Assembly (NCBI GenBank): GCA_947628545.1
Contig: CANRAJ010000001.1
Coordinates: 1-38,114, forward strand
DNA length: 38,114 nt
Direction: 5' to 3'
DNA from: an uncultured Bacilli bacterium
GTDB taxonomy: Bacteria > Bacillota_I > Bacilli_A > RF39 > UBA660
Part shown: piece after piece, positions 9,078 through 17,961 of the stretch
Layout: each line of letters starts with the position of its first letter
Position numbering within the stretch: position 1 is the stretch's first letter
Position numbers and translations under genes: made by a program
Notes under the pieces: generated by a model
What the model was told of the DNA's origin: nothing
Seen by the model: the letters and a program-made list of their open reading frames with translations, nothing else
The model's database searches: none

Positions 9078-9500
9078 TTAATTATAGACAAGTTTCGATA
9101 ACCAAAAATAATCACGATTAGCAAAATCACAAACAAATAAATCATTCGTCGGTAAAAATAAATTAATATTTTGGGGTAAGACATTAGTCGTCAATAAAAT
9201 ATGGGTATTTTTCACATAAATATTGGTTTCTTCCCCGCGATATTTATTATAAATACGGTGATTATTCCCTACTTTTAAATAAAAATCATTGTCTTTATTC
9301 TTTTCGTAAATCATTTTATTATAGGCTTTCGTATCAATAATCTTGGTTAGTTGTTCCAGCATCTCTTTTCCGATACTTACACTTTCCCGATCGAGTAAAT
9401 AAATACTTTCCAAAGTTTTAAATAAGGTATAAGGATGTTCTAAAAGTAAAATTTGTAATTCCCGATTAATTTTAAAAATATAAAAAGTTCTCACTAGCAT
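9078..9500 (-). CDS. SirA (YneE)-like protein, putative sporulation inhibitor of replication
   Basis: About 140 aa, lying between tkt and yneF exactly where B. subtilis sirA sits. The C-terminal LFVCDFANRDYFWL resembles B. subtilis SirA ...FLAMDFNSKRYGWL as recalled. The start codon is uncertain (TTG 9521, ATG 9500 or GTG 9494). Confidence 0.45.
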   Translation of the reverse strand: MLVRTFYIFKINRELQILLLEHPYTLFKTLESIYLLDRESVSIGKEMLEQLTKIIDTKAYNKMIYEKNKDNDFYLKVGNNHRIYNKYRGEETNIYVKNTHILLTTNVLPQNINLFLPTNDLFVCDFANRDYFWLSKLVYN

Positions 9501-9540
9501 CACCCATTTGTATGATACCAATAAGAACTTAAATAATTTG

Positions 9541-11544
9541 TCAAATTATGTCGCTATTATCTTTTTCTTCGTAAAAACTAATAATTTTTTCTAAAATATC
9601 ATTTTTCGTAAATTTCAAATATTTAGCCAATTCTTCTTTTTTAGCACTTTGCCCAAATTTATTAATGCCAAAGATATATTCCGGTTTAGTTGCAAAGCGA
9701 TTCCACATTAGAGAAGATCCCGCTTCAAGGCAAAAGACCGGCACATGTTTGGGTAATAGTTGTTCTTCGTAACGCGGATTTTGTTTTAAGAATAGTTCCA
9801 TGCTTGGCATGGAAACGACCCGCATATCGTGACCAACCACATAAAGATCTTGGGCAATTTGTAAGGCCAGTTCAACCTCACTACCCGTGGCGATAATGAC
9901 GCCATCCAAGCGATATTTTTCTTTTCGGACCATGTAAGCCCCATATTTAACAAACTTGGCATTAGTATATTTATATTTCGGTTTAGGTTCTTTACTGATA
10001 ACTAAAGCACTCGGACCATTATTTTTTAAAATGAATTCCCAAGCCCCCATGATTTCATTAATATCCGCGGGCCGGAAGGTCGTAAAGTTTGGAATTGTCC
10101 GGAGCATTGAAAGTTGTTCGACGGGTTCGTGAGTAGGCCCATCTTGACCAACGAAAAAGGCATCATGCGTAAAAATGTAAGTTACCGGTAAATTCATTAG
10201 AGCACTTAAGCGCATCGCCGGTTTTAAATAATCACTAAAGCTTAAAAAGGTTGAACCAAAAACTTTTAGATTAGATAACGCCATCCCATTTAAAATTGCT
10301 CCCATGGCATGTTCTCTTACCCCAAAGAAAATATTTTTGCCCACCGGGTTTTGTTCCGAACAAACACTGGATTTTGTTAACAAAGTTTTACAAGATGAGG
10401 ATAAATCCGCGGAACCCCCTAAAAAGAACGGACTTTTAGGCGAAATAAAGTTCATTACCTTTTGATTACTTAACCGTAATTCTTCATAATAATCGTCACT
10501 AATTTTATACTTGGTATCATCAAAATCAATAAATAATTCATTTTTTTCTAATAAATTAATGATACTATGTAAACCAGCATTTTGTTCTTCTAAAACTTTA
10601 TTATATTCTTCTTGCCATAACCGATATTTTTTATTTACTCTTTCTAAAATAGCATCTTGGAAAGTTTTTAAAACCTCACTTTCAATTTCAAAGGGCTTAG
10701 TCATAATTCCTAGTTTATTTTTTAAAGCCACTAAATCATCCTTGGCTAAAACTTTACCATGGACCTCATTAGTGTTTTCCAAAGCACTCCCGGCCCCAAT
10801 AATCGTATCAACAATAATTAATGATGGTCTTTTGCTTCTTTTGGCATCGGCAATCGCATCACTTATATCGTTATAATTGCTGCCATTTTTAACATGAATA
10901 ATATTAAAGTTTAGGGCTTCAAACCGTAGTTCAATATCTTCAGTGAAAGTGCGATCAGTTCGACTATCTAAAGTCACTTGGTTATTATCGTAAAGTAAAA
11001 TTAATTTATTTAAATTTTGGGTACTAGCAAAAGATAAGGCTTCGTAACTAATCCCTTCCATTAAATCACCATCGCCACATAAACAGTAAGTATAGTAATC
11101 TATTAAAGAACTGTTTTTCCTCTCCATATTGACAATAGAACGAAGATAGCGTTCGGCTAAAGCCATGCCGACGGCCATCGCAACACCTTGTCCTAAAGGA
11201 CCGGTTGAAACATCAACGCCTGGTGTTACTTTATATTCGGGATGTCCTGGCGTTAAAGAATTAAGTTGGCGAAAGTTTTTGATTTCTTCCATTTCAATTT
11301 CAAAGCCCGCATGATAAAGAAGCGAATAAAGTAACGCCGAACCATGACCAGCTGACATCACAAAGCGGTCCCGATTAAACCAATTGGGTTTGCTGGGTAA
11401 AACATTTAAATGATCTTTATATAAAGCATAAAGAATGGGTGCAGCCCCTAAAACAATGCCGGGATGACCACTACCCGCTTTATCGATCATATCGAGGGCT
11501 AAAACTTTAATACTACTAATTGCTTTTATATCTTGTTTTTTCAT
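9541..11544 (-). CDS. tkt: Transketolase
   Basis: 667 aa with GSGHPG and the TPP-binding motif CGDGDLMEGISYEA. Full-length three-domain architecture. Confidence 0.9.
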   Translation of the reverse strand: MKKQDIKAISSIKVLALDMIDKAGSGHPGIVLGAAPILYALYKDHLNVLPSKPNWFNRDRFVMSAGHGSALLYSLLYHAGFEIEMEEIKNFRQLNSLTPGHPEYKVTPGVDVSTGPLGQGVAMAVGMALAERYLRSIVNMERKNSSLIDYYTYCLCGDGDLMEGISYEALSFASTQNLNKLILLYDNNQVTLDSRTDRTFTEDIELRFEALNFNIIHVKNGSNYNDISDAIADAKRSKRPSLIIVDTIIGAGSALENTNEVHGKVLAKDDLVALKNKLGIMTKPFEIESEVLKTFQDAILERVNKKYRLWQEEYNKVLEEQNAGLHSIINLLEKNELFIDFDDTKYKISDDYYEELRLSNQKVMNFISPKSPFFLGGSADLSSSCKTLLTKSSVCSEQNPVGKNIFFGVREHAMGAILNGMALSNLKVFGSTFLSFSDYLKPAMRLSALMNLPVTYIFTHDAFFVGQDGPTHEPVEQLSMLRTIPNFTTFRPADINEIMGAWEFILKNNGPSALVISKEPKPKYKYTNAKFVKYGAYMVRKEKYRLDGVIIATGSEVELALQIAQDLYVVGHDMRVVSMPSMELFLKQNPRYEEQLLPKHVPVFCLEAGSSLMWNRFATKPEYIFGINKFGQSAKKEELAKYLKFTKNDILEKIISFYEEKDNSDII

Positions 11545-12728
11545 TCTTTTCTTTCCTTTCTTTTTTCTACTGCTTGGGCATAAACTTTTAGAACATCAGA
11601 AGCAAAAACCTCTTTGGAATAACGATAGACACTATTTTGGGCATTTTGTTCTAAACTTTGATAAGTTTTTTTATCATTTACTAACTTTAAAATAATCTCG
11701 CTATAGGCATTTTCATCAGTAAATAAATAACCATTATATTTATCTTGAACAACATCGGTAAAACTTTTATCGTTAATAACTATCGCTGGTAAGCCACTGG
11801 CTAGGGCTTCAATAATTGTAAGCCCTTGCGTTTCGGTAACCGAAAAAGAAGTAAAGACATTAAATAAATGATAATACAAATGAATTTTTTGATACTCAAT
11901 TATGCCCGTAAAAATAACTTTTTTTTCAATTTCTAAATCTTTGGCAAGTTGTTTTAATTCTTTTAAATATGGTCCATCACCCACGATCATTAATTTAATA
12001 TGGGGATTATATTGGGCAATTTTTTGCATACTTTTAAGTAACCGGTCTAAACTTTTTTCTTGCGCAATCCTAGAAATTGAACCAATAACAAAATCATCAC
12101 TAGTTAAATGGTATTTTGCTTTTAGTTTGGCAATTTCTTTTTTAATTGCCGGAGTCAATTTAAATTTCGTAGTATCAATACCAGTCGGAATAACATGAAT
12201 CTGTTTTTTAATTTGATATTTTTCTTTAAATAATCTTTCAATTTTTGCCGTTGGCACAATTAATTCATCACATTTTTTCTCACAAAAATACTTCGTAATT
12301 TTAATTGCCAATTTCCGCGCCGCTTTATCAAAATAACCATGCGTGACATAATAAACATAATCCTCATACATCGTATGATATGTATGCACTACGGGAATAT
12401 CTAGCTTTTTGGCTACAATCCGAGAAAACATGCCAATCCCAAACTCTGTTTGACTATGGATGACATCTAAATGCCAGGATTTAATAATCTTCATCGCTTT
12501 TTGGGAATAAACACTGGTTAATTTTGTACCACAAATTCCCGTATTAATCCCAGGCATATAAATAATTTTATTTTTTTCATCATAAATAAATTTTTTATTT
12601 TTTAAATTTGCCGTCACAATATAAACATCTTGATTCATGGCGCGTAAAGTATCTACTAAAACTTTGATACTTGTGACAACCCCTGAAATATAGGGTTCAT
12701 AAAGTTCTGTAAAAATTCCTATTCTCAT
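11541..12728 (-). CDS. Glycosyltransferase family 4 (likely diacylglycerol glycosyltransferase for glycolipid synthesis)
   Basis: 395 aa. N-terminus MRIGIFTELYEPYISGVV and C-terminal E..G....EA.A.G.P motif (ETQGLTIIEALASGLPAI) are typical of GT4. The stop overlaps the tkt start (ATGA). Confidence 0.7.
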   Translation of the reverse strand: MRIGIFTELYEPYISGVVTSIKVLVDTLRAMNQDVYIVTANLKNKKFIYDEKNKIIYMPGINTGICGTKLTSVYSQKAMKIIKSWHLDVIHSQTEFGIGMFSRIVAKKLDIPVVHTYHTMYEDYVYYVTHGYFDKAARKLAIKITKYFCEKKCDELIVPTAKIERLFKEKYQIKKQIHVIPTGIDTTKFKLTPAIKKEIAKLKAKYHLTSDDFVIGSISRIAQEKSLDRLLKSMQKIAQYNPHIKLMIVGDGPYLKELKQLAKDLEIEKKVIFTGIIEYQKIHLYYHLFNVFTSFSVTETQGLTIIEALASGLPAIVINDKSFTDVVQDKYNGYLFTDENAYSEIILKLVNDKKTYQSLEQNAQNSVYRYSKEVFASDVLKVYAQAVEKRKERKE

Positions 12729-12808
12729 TATGCTACCTCTTATTTTAATTATAATATAATTTTGATGGTTAGTAAAACATTTTAATAAAAAAAGAGTTTT
12801 TCAACCCT

Positions 12809-12955
12809 TTATTTGGTAACTTGAGCTAAATAAGTCTCTTGGTTTTCAGCTTCTTGAGTTAAATATTCTAAACGACAACTTACAGCCCAAACCATTATGA
12901 CTATGGTGGCGTAAAAGAATATTATCCCTCCATACTTTTTCAAAACTTTTTTCAT
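12809..12955 (-). CDS. 48-aa single-TM peptide divergent from lexA, candidate SOS-induced cell-division inhibitor analogue (YneA/SosA position)
   Basis: MKKVLKKYGGIIFFYATIVIMVWAVSCRLEYLTQEAENQETYLAQVTK. An AGAGGTGG RBS lies 6 nt upstream of the ATG at 12955. The ORF-track start at 13006 lies inside this gene's own -35 box and is rejected. Confidence 0.55.
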   Translation of the reverse strand: MKKVLKKYGGIIFFYATIVIMVWAVSCRLEYLTQEAENQETYLAQVTK

Positions 12956-12977
12956 TTCTACCACCTCTTTCATTTCC

Positions 12978-13006
12978 ATCATATTACAATCATTTGTTCG
13001 TGTCAA
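12978..13006 (-). promoter_or_regulatory. Promoter of the 48-aa peptide gene with embedded LexA (Cheo) box
   Basis: Minus strand: TTGACA (13001-13006), 17 nt, TATGAT (12978-12983). The spacer begins with CGAACAAATGATTG (12987-13000), an 11/14 match to the Firmicute LexA box CGAACATATGTTCG. Confidence 0.55.
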
Positions 13007-13014
13007 TTAATTTT

Positions 13015-13054
13015 AAAACATTTGTTTGACTTTTGACACTCTTTAATGTAAAAT
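13015..13054 (+). promoter_or_regulatory. lexA promoter with overlapping degenerate LexA box
   Basis: TTGACT (13026-13031), 17 nt, TAAAAT (13049-13054). AAAACATTTGTTTG (13015-13028; palindromic core AAAC-ATTT-GTTT) overlaps the -35 and shares CATTTGTT with the other box. Confidence 0.5.
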
Positions 13055-13070
13055 GAAACTAGGAGGAAAA

Positions 13071-13694
13071 ATGGAAAATAAAAATTTAACTAAAAGACAA
13101 GTCGAAATTTTAACTTTTATTAAAAAATATATTGCCGAACATGGTTACCCACCTGCAATCCGGGAAATCTGTCAAGGAGTTGGCTTAAGCAGTCCAGCGA
13201 CAGTATTTGTTCATATTAAAAACTTACAAAAAGAAGGTTTAATTAAATCCACTAATAATAAGTTCCGAACGCTTGAGGTAGTCGGCGAAAACGAATATAT
13301 GCCCGCGAAAGAAGATATTGTGAAAGTTCCCCTACTGGGTAAAATAACTGCTGGCAATCCAATTACGGCAATTGAACAACCCAATGAATTTTTTGATCTT
13401 CCGGCGATGTTTGTACCTAAAAAAGCCGAAGTCTTTACTTTACATGTATCCGGAGATTCGATGATAAATAAAGGCATTTATGATGGCGACTATGTTATTG
13501 TCAAACGCCAAAATCAAGCGAAAAATGGTGATGTCGTTGTAGCGATGACCCCAGAAAATGAGGTAACACTTAAAACTTTTTATAAAGAAAAAGATCATAT
13601 TCGCTTACAACCCGAAAATGATACTATGGATCCTTTTATTTTCCCTGAAGTTACAATTTTAGGAATTGCCATCGGTTTATATCGGCAATTATAA
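13071..13694 (+). CDS. lexA: LexA repressor (SOS regulator, S24 peptidase)
   Basis: N-terminal wHTH (LTKRQVEILTFIKKYIAEHGYPPAIREI) and the autocleavage Ser/Lys motifs VSGDSM and VTLKTF. The AGGAGG RBS favours the ATG at 13071 over the ORF-track ATG at 13053. Confidence 0.9.
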   Translation: MENKNLTKRQVEILTFIKKYIAEHGYPPAIREICQGVGLSSPATVFVHIKNLQKEGLIKSTNNKFRTLEVVGENEYMPAKEDIVKVPLLGKITAGNPITAIEQPNEFFDLPAMFVPKKAEVFTLHVSGDSMINKGIYDGDYVIVKRQNQAKNGDVVVAMTPENEVTLKTFYKEKDHIRLQPENDTMDPFIFPEVTILGIAIGLYRQL

Positions 13695-13700
13695 TTAATC

Positions 13701-13743
13701 AAAAAAGAATAAGTTAAATAATTTCAAAACTTATTCTTTTTTT
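13701..13743. terminator. Bidirectional terminator between convergent lexA and the 409-aa gene
   Basis: 15-bp stem AAAAAAGAATAAGTT / AACTTATTCTTTTTT with an 11-nt loop. A/T runs flank both sides. Confidence 0.65.
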
Positions 13744-14960
13744 AATGTCCGACTAGTATCGTGACAATTGCGAAATAATTTTTTATTTTTTTCAATATAA
13801 TTCATAATCATTTTTACTTTTTCACTTTTTACATTGCAATGTTTTACCATCTTAAAATAATTATCTCCTAAATGATTCAATTTTTCGCGATAAGAATAGT
13901 ATGCTAAACAAGCAATAACAATAGCCTTTTCTTCTTCATTAAACTGATTAACCATTAAAACCATATCTAAGCCATATTTTTGTACATCATCAATTATTTC
14001 TTCAATATTTTTTATCCCACATATAGAAAAAACATAATCGGTTGTAAAATCTTGTTGTTTTAAATCTAAACTAATATCATGATTACCCACAACTAATTCT
14101 AAAGCATAAGTGTTTAATTTAATTAACATTGGCTTTAATAAGGTACTTTGGCACATTTCTAGGCCTTTGGCAAAATCATTATTATTAATGGCTTCATAAA
14201 CATTATGTGATTCTCTATCTTTCAATAAAGGTAATTCTAAAGTATTTTCCACTTGAATTATCGTTTTGGCTAATTGGTAAACACATTGTAACTCTTTCGT
14301 TTTTTTAACTTTAGTTGTTTCCAATAAATTAATAACCTGATCATATTCTTCTAAAACAATTAAATTACGAAGGGTTTGTTTTAATTCCAACATTTCTGTA
14401 ACTTGACTAAGCAATTGATAGGCCAAAATATTTTCGATATTATCATTTTCCTTTAATGCATTATAACCTAAATAAGCAACGGCGAATTGTTTTTTAAAGG
14501 CCATTAGCCGGTAAAAATTTTGTTTGCCAATTTGGGGATTAATTAAATCATCATCCGTAATGGTTTGGACATTATTTAAAATAAATTGTGGGGCATCCAT
14601 TAATTCATTCAATAAAAATAAATAGAAATTATACTCTCCTTGCATATTTGGACAATTAGTTTTCATTTTAATTAAAAATCTTAAAGCCTTGGGATAATTT
14701 TGACTTTGGATAAATTCATTTATTAAATACAAGTAACCTAATTTATTTTGAGGTTCACTTTTAATACTTAATAAATATAAATTCATGGCCTGATATTTTA
14801 AACCACTATTTAAATAGGAATTGGCGATAGCAATTAAATCATCGGCCTTAACAAAAACCGTATCATAACCGTTCCACCAAATTTTTTCAGATGAAATTAA
14901 TTGTTTTAAATCTTTGGGTTGTAAATATTTTTTTAATTCTGTTAAACTTATTTTCTTCAT
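13731..14960 (-). CDS. Hypothetical all-helical (TPR-like) protein
   Basis: 409-aa ORF with a GGTGGGGGA RBS. Repetitive helical-hairpin-like composition (..YLNSGLKYQAMNLYLLSIK.., ..NYPKALRFLIKM..). No catalytic motif recognised. Confidence 0.55.
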   Translation of the reverse strand: MKKISLTELKKYLQPKDLKQLISSEKIWWNGYDTVFVKADDLIAIANSYLNSGLKYQAMNLYLLSIKSEPQNKLGYLYLINEFIQSQNYPKALRFLIKMKTNCPNMQGEYNFYLFLLNELMDAPQFILNNVQTITDDDLINPQIGKQNFYRLMAFKKQFAVAYLGYNALKENDNIENILAYQLLSQVTEMLELKQTLRNLIVLEEYDQVINLLETTKVKKTKELQCVYQLAKTIIQVENTLELPLLKDRESHNVYEAINNNDFAKGLEMCQSTLLKPMLIKLNTYALELVVGNHDISLDLKQQDFTTDYVFSICGIKNIEEIIDDVQKYGLDMVLMVNQFNEEEKAIVIACLAYYSYREKLNHLGDNYFKMVKHCNVKSEKVKMIMNYIEKNKKLFRNCHDTSRTLKKE

Positions 14961-15011
14961 AAGGTATCCCCCACCACTTTATTCTATCATAGCAAAAATA
15001 TTTTTTAAAAA

Positions 15012-15041
15012 CAACTCCTTATTACATCTTATAAGGAGTTG
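15012..15041 (-). terminator. Terminator after the rhomboid gene
   Basis: 11-bp stem CAACTCCTTAT / ATAAGGAGTTG followed by a U-run on the minus strand. Confidence 0.65.
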
Positions 15042-15052
15042 CATTAATTTTT

Positions 15053-16198
15053 TTATAAATAGAAAACAGCAAAAGCGAGAAAGCTTAAATAAAGAATTAA
15101 AACGATCCACCCGTTGAGCATGTCTTTACGTTTACTTTTACCTTCTAAGCCCAAAGCCATGGTAATTAGATAACCTCCGATTAAGCCCCCGATATGGGCT
15201 AAAACATCGATGCCCGGGATAAGGAAACCAATTCCTAAATTAATGATAATAATCGGAATAATTTGATTTTTCAAAACCGAATTAAGATAAAGCCGGTAAT
15301 GATAACCAAAATAGAGTAAGGCCCCTAAAAGGCCAAAAATTGCTCCACTTGCCCCAGCGGAAACACTGGCCTCACCCACCAAAGAAAACAAAGCCCCACT
15401 AATTGCACTAACCAAATAAATAACTAAATATTTCCACTTACCGACATAAGTTTCGACTTGGTAGCCAATAATTGATAACGAATACATATTAACTAGTAAA
15501 TGAATTAAACCAATATGGATAAACGCACAAGTTAAAAGTCGCCAGATTTGACCACCTAAAACTAAAGGTTTATAGTTGGCCCCAAAGATTAATAACGTAG
15601 CAATATCTTGGGAACCATTACCAAATAAATACATGGCTAAGAAAACTAAGATATTTAAACAAATTAAAATCTTGGTCACAATAATTTTTTTCGGTGAAAA
15701 CACCTTTTCAAATAATTTATTACTTTTTAAAGTTTTTTCATTTATATCATTAGTAACATTAATAATTAAATCTAAGTTATTAGCATCTTTTATAAGATTA
15801 CCTTTTATATTGGGAAAAGCCGCGACAATTGATTCATTATTTGTTATTTCATCGACCGAATCTAATTTAACGGAATTTATATTAAACTTCGAAAACATAT
15901 CAATTTTTTGATTAATATTTAAGCAAATATTTAAAGTATTTACTTTAAAAGATAAGGTTTTTTTCTTAATTTGTTTAATAATAAATCTTATTTTAAAAAT
16001 ATCATTTAAATATTGTTCTTCATTATAAATTGATTTGGCATTAATTCGAATTACCCGATATGGTCCTTCAAGATTTTCCAACCAAATTTCATCTTTAACC
16101 CCTTGCACATTGATGGGCACATAGTTTTCTTTAGTAATAAAATAATGGGCTAAACTCATCATTATTTGATCATTTTTGTTTAACATAATTGAAGCCAT
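15053..16198 (-). CDS. Rhomboid family intramembrane serine protease with about 180-aa N-terminal cytoplasmic domain
   Basis: Catalytic Ser motif GASGAIFGLLGA and His motif AHIGGLIGG in a C-terminal region with multiple predicted TM helices. An AAGGAGAG RBS precedes the ATG at 16198; the TTG at 16201 used by the track is unlikely. Confidence 0.8.
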   Translation of the reverse strand: MASIMLNKNDQIMMSLAHYFITKENYVPINVQGVKDEIWLENLEGPYRVIRINAKSIYNEEQYLNDIFKIRFIIKQIKKKTLSFKVNTLNICLNINQKIDMFSKFNINSVKLDSVDEITNNESIVAAFPNIKGNLIKDANNLDLIINVTNDINEKTLKSNKLFEKVFSPKKIIVTKILICLNILVFLAMYLFGNGSQDIATLLIFGANYKPLVLGGQIWRLLTCAFIHIGLIHLLVNMYSLSIIGYQVETYVGKWKYLVIYLVSAISGALFSLVGEASVSAGASGAIFGLLGALLYFGYHYRLYLNSVLKNQIIPIIIINLGIGFLIPGIDVLAHIGGLIGGYLITMALGLEGKSKRKDMLNGWIVLILYLSFLAFAVFYL

Positions 16199-16255
16199 CA
16201 AAATCTCTCCTTGTTCTTATATTTTATCTTAAAACATACATTTAGTAAAGAGGTG

Positions 16256-16579
16256 ATGCCTGTGTTTTATATTATTTATATAGCCTTTATTCTTTTTTTC
16301 TGTATCCCCATTTATCAGTTACTTAGTAATCATTTAATGAATAATGATTTATTATTTTTAATTTGTTGCAATTATTTATTAAATATTACAACGGCTCTTT
16401 TCTTTGGCTATTATAGTAGTTTACTTTTTGCTTGCATTAGTGCCCTTGCCCTAGCCATTTTTGCCACACTTTTAGTTATTAAAATGACCGCGGCCTTTCA
16501 AAGAATTAAATTTTTTACCTTACCCTATTTATTTTTATGCTATTTTACTTATTTCTTCATCTTGATAAGTTGTTTTTAA
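16256..16579 (+). CDS. Hypothetical small polytopic membrane protein
   Basis: This is the only ORF filling the 16202-16534 gap, with 3-4 predicted TM helices. The start is ambiguous: the AAAGAGG RBS fits the GTG at 16262 better than the ATG at 16256. The 3' end overlaps the convergent rluD by 45 nt. Hydrophobic ORFs arise easily in AT-rich DNA. Confidence 0.35.
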   Translation: MPVFYIIYIAFILFFCIPIYQLLSNHLMNNDLLFLICCNYLLNITTALFFGYYSSLLFACISALALAIFATLLVIKMTAAFQRIKFFTLPYLFLCYFTYFFILISCF

Positions 16580-17443
16580 ATAATCGGCAAACTCTTGAGG
16601 CACCACTGCTGTAAAGGATAGATGTTTACCTGTAATCGGATGGTCAAATTCCAAAGTCGCCGAATGTAAAAATTGACCAAAGGCCGTACTTTTTTTGTTA
16701 TTATAAACCGGATCATTAAAAATGGGATAACCAATATAGGCCATATGAACCCGTATTTGATGAGTCCGACCTGTTTTTAGAACTAAACGGACTAACGTAT
16801 GATGGGCATATTTTTTAATAACTTGTAAATTGGTTTGGGCTTTCTTACCTCCCGCGGCCACGACAAACCGTTGAAAATGCTCTTTATCACGTTTAATTGG
16901 CGCATCAATGACGGCTTTACTTGCCGGAAAAACCCCATCAAGTAAAGCCAAATAAGACCGGTGAATCGTTTTATTTTTAAAGCCCGCGGCTAAAATTTCA
17001 TGGGCTTTATTCGTTTTGGCTACTAGCATTAATCCACTGGTATCTTTATCGAGCCGGTGCACAATCCCCGGCCGTTCAGGACCCCCAATATCACTTAAAT
17101 TCCGCGTATGAAAAAGTAAGCCATTAACTAAAGTATGAGTAAAAATCCCTGCTCCAGGATGAACCGTTAGACCACTCGGTTTATTAATCACCATTAAATC
17201 ATCATCTTCATAGACAATATCTAAAGGCATATCCTCGGACTTTATTTCGACATGCGGAATTTGGGCTTCATCGAAAAAAATTAAGTCTCCTTCTTGAATT
17301 GGGTAACTGGGCTTTACTTTTTGCCCATTTACCGTAATATGACCATCGACAATCATTTTTGCCAAAAGTTCCCGACTATATTCGGTATTATTACTTAAAT
17401 ATTTATCGATACGTCCGGTGGCGCCGTTTACTTTTAGTTCCAT
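16535..17443 (-). CDS. rluD: 23S rRNA pseudouridine synthase, RluA/RluD family
   Basis: 302 aa. N-terminal S4 domain and catalytic Asp motif GIVHRLDKDTSGLM. The lspA-rluD arrangement is conserved in Firmicutes. Confidence 0.85.
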   Translation of the reverse strand: MELKVNGATGRIDKYLSNNTEYSRELLAKMIVDGHITVNGQKVKPSYPIQEGDLIFFDEAQIPHVEIKSEDMPLDIVYEDDDLMVINKPSGLTVHPGAGIFTHTLVNGLLFHTRNLSDIGGPERPGIVHRLDKDTSGLMLVAKTNKAHEILAAGFKNKTIHRSYLALLDGVFPASKAVIDAPIKRDKEHFQRFVVAAGGKKAQTNLQVIKKYAHHTLVRLVLKTGRTHQIRVHMAYIGYPIFNDPVYNNKKSTAFGQFLHSATLEFDHPITGKHLSFTAVVPQEFADYLKTTYQDEEISKIA

Positions 17444-17894
17444 ATTTATCGTCCCCTTTCCACAAGGATATAATCAGCAAAATAAAACCAATAACTAAAA
17501 AGACATCCGCGAAATTAAAAATCGGAAAATCATAACTGCCAAACTTAAAATGAATAAAATCAATAACTGCGCCTTTTTGTAACCGGTCAATTAAATTACC
17601 AAAAAGACCCCCATAAATAAAACCAAAGGCCAAGATGTTACGCCAATTTATTTTAAACATATCTTGATAATAAACAAAACAAACAAAAGCCGCCAAAGAA
17701 ATTCCAATTAACATATTGGTTAGACCTGTGAGCATTGACCAAGAAGCCCCGGTATTATACATTTTAGTTAAATATAAAAAGTTTTTAATTAAAGGTCGCG
17801 TTTCATTAAGCAAAAAAGAATTATCAATGGCTAGCTTGGTAATTTGATCAATTAATATTAATAGTAAACCCAATATTAAACTTCTTCTTTTCAT
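17403..17894 (-). CDS. lspA: Lipoprotein signal peptidase II
   Basis: 163 aa, 4 TM helices, with MYNTGASWSM and PIFNFADVFLVIG motifs. The basic C-terminal tail overlaps the rluD start by 41 nt. Confidence 0.85.
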   Translation of the reverse strand: MKRRSLILGLLLILIDQITKLAIDNSFLLNETRPLIKNFLYLTKMYNTGASWSMLTGLTNMLIGISLAAFVCFVYYQDMFKINWRNILAFGFIYGGLFGNLIDRLQKGAVIDFIHFKFGSYDFPIFNFADVFLVIGFILLIISLWKGDDKYGTKSKRRHRTYR

Positions 17895-17961
17895 ACTCTT
17901 ATCTTAACAAAGATTTAGAAATTTCGCAATTTAACCTACCACAATTCACCTTTTCTTGACA

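Noticed and set aside
13004-13053. ORF-track starts at 13006 (small peptide) and 13053 (lexA)
   Set aside because: The ATG at 13006 lies within the TTGACA -35 of the peptide's own promoter and upstream of its RBS. The ATG at 13053 precedes the AGGAGG RBS that serves the ATG at 13071.
8881-16000. Remaining antisense ORFs nested in yneF, tkt, GT4, lexA and the rhomboid gene (8881-9066, 9690-9896, 10511-10876, 11902-12198, 13211-13477, 14914-15117, 15576-15911)
   Set aside because: Each is nested within, or overlaps, a better-supported gene on the opposite strand. They show low-complexity composition and lack an RBS.
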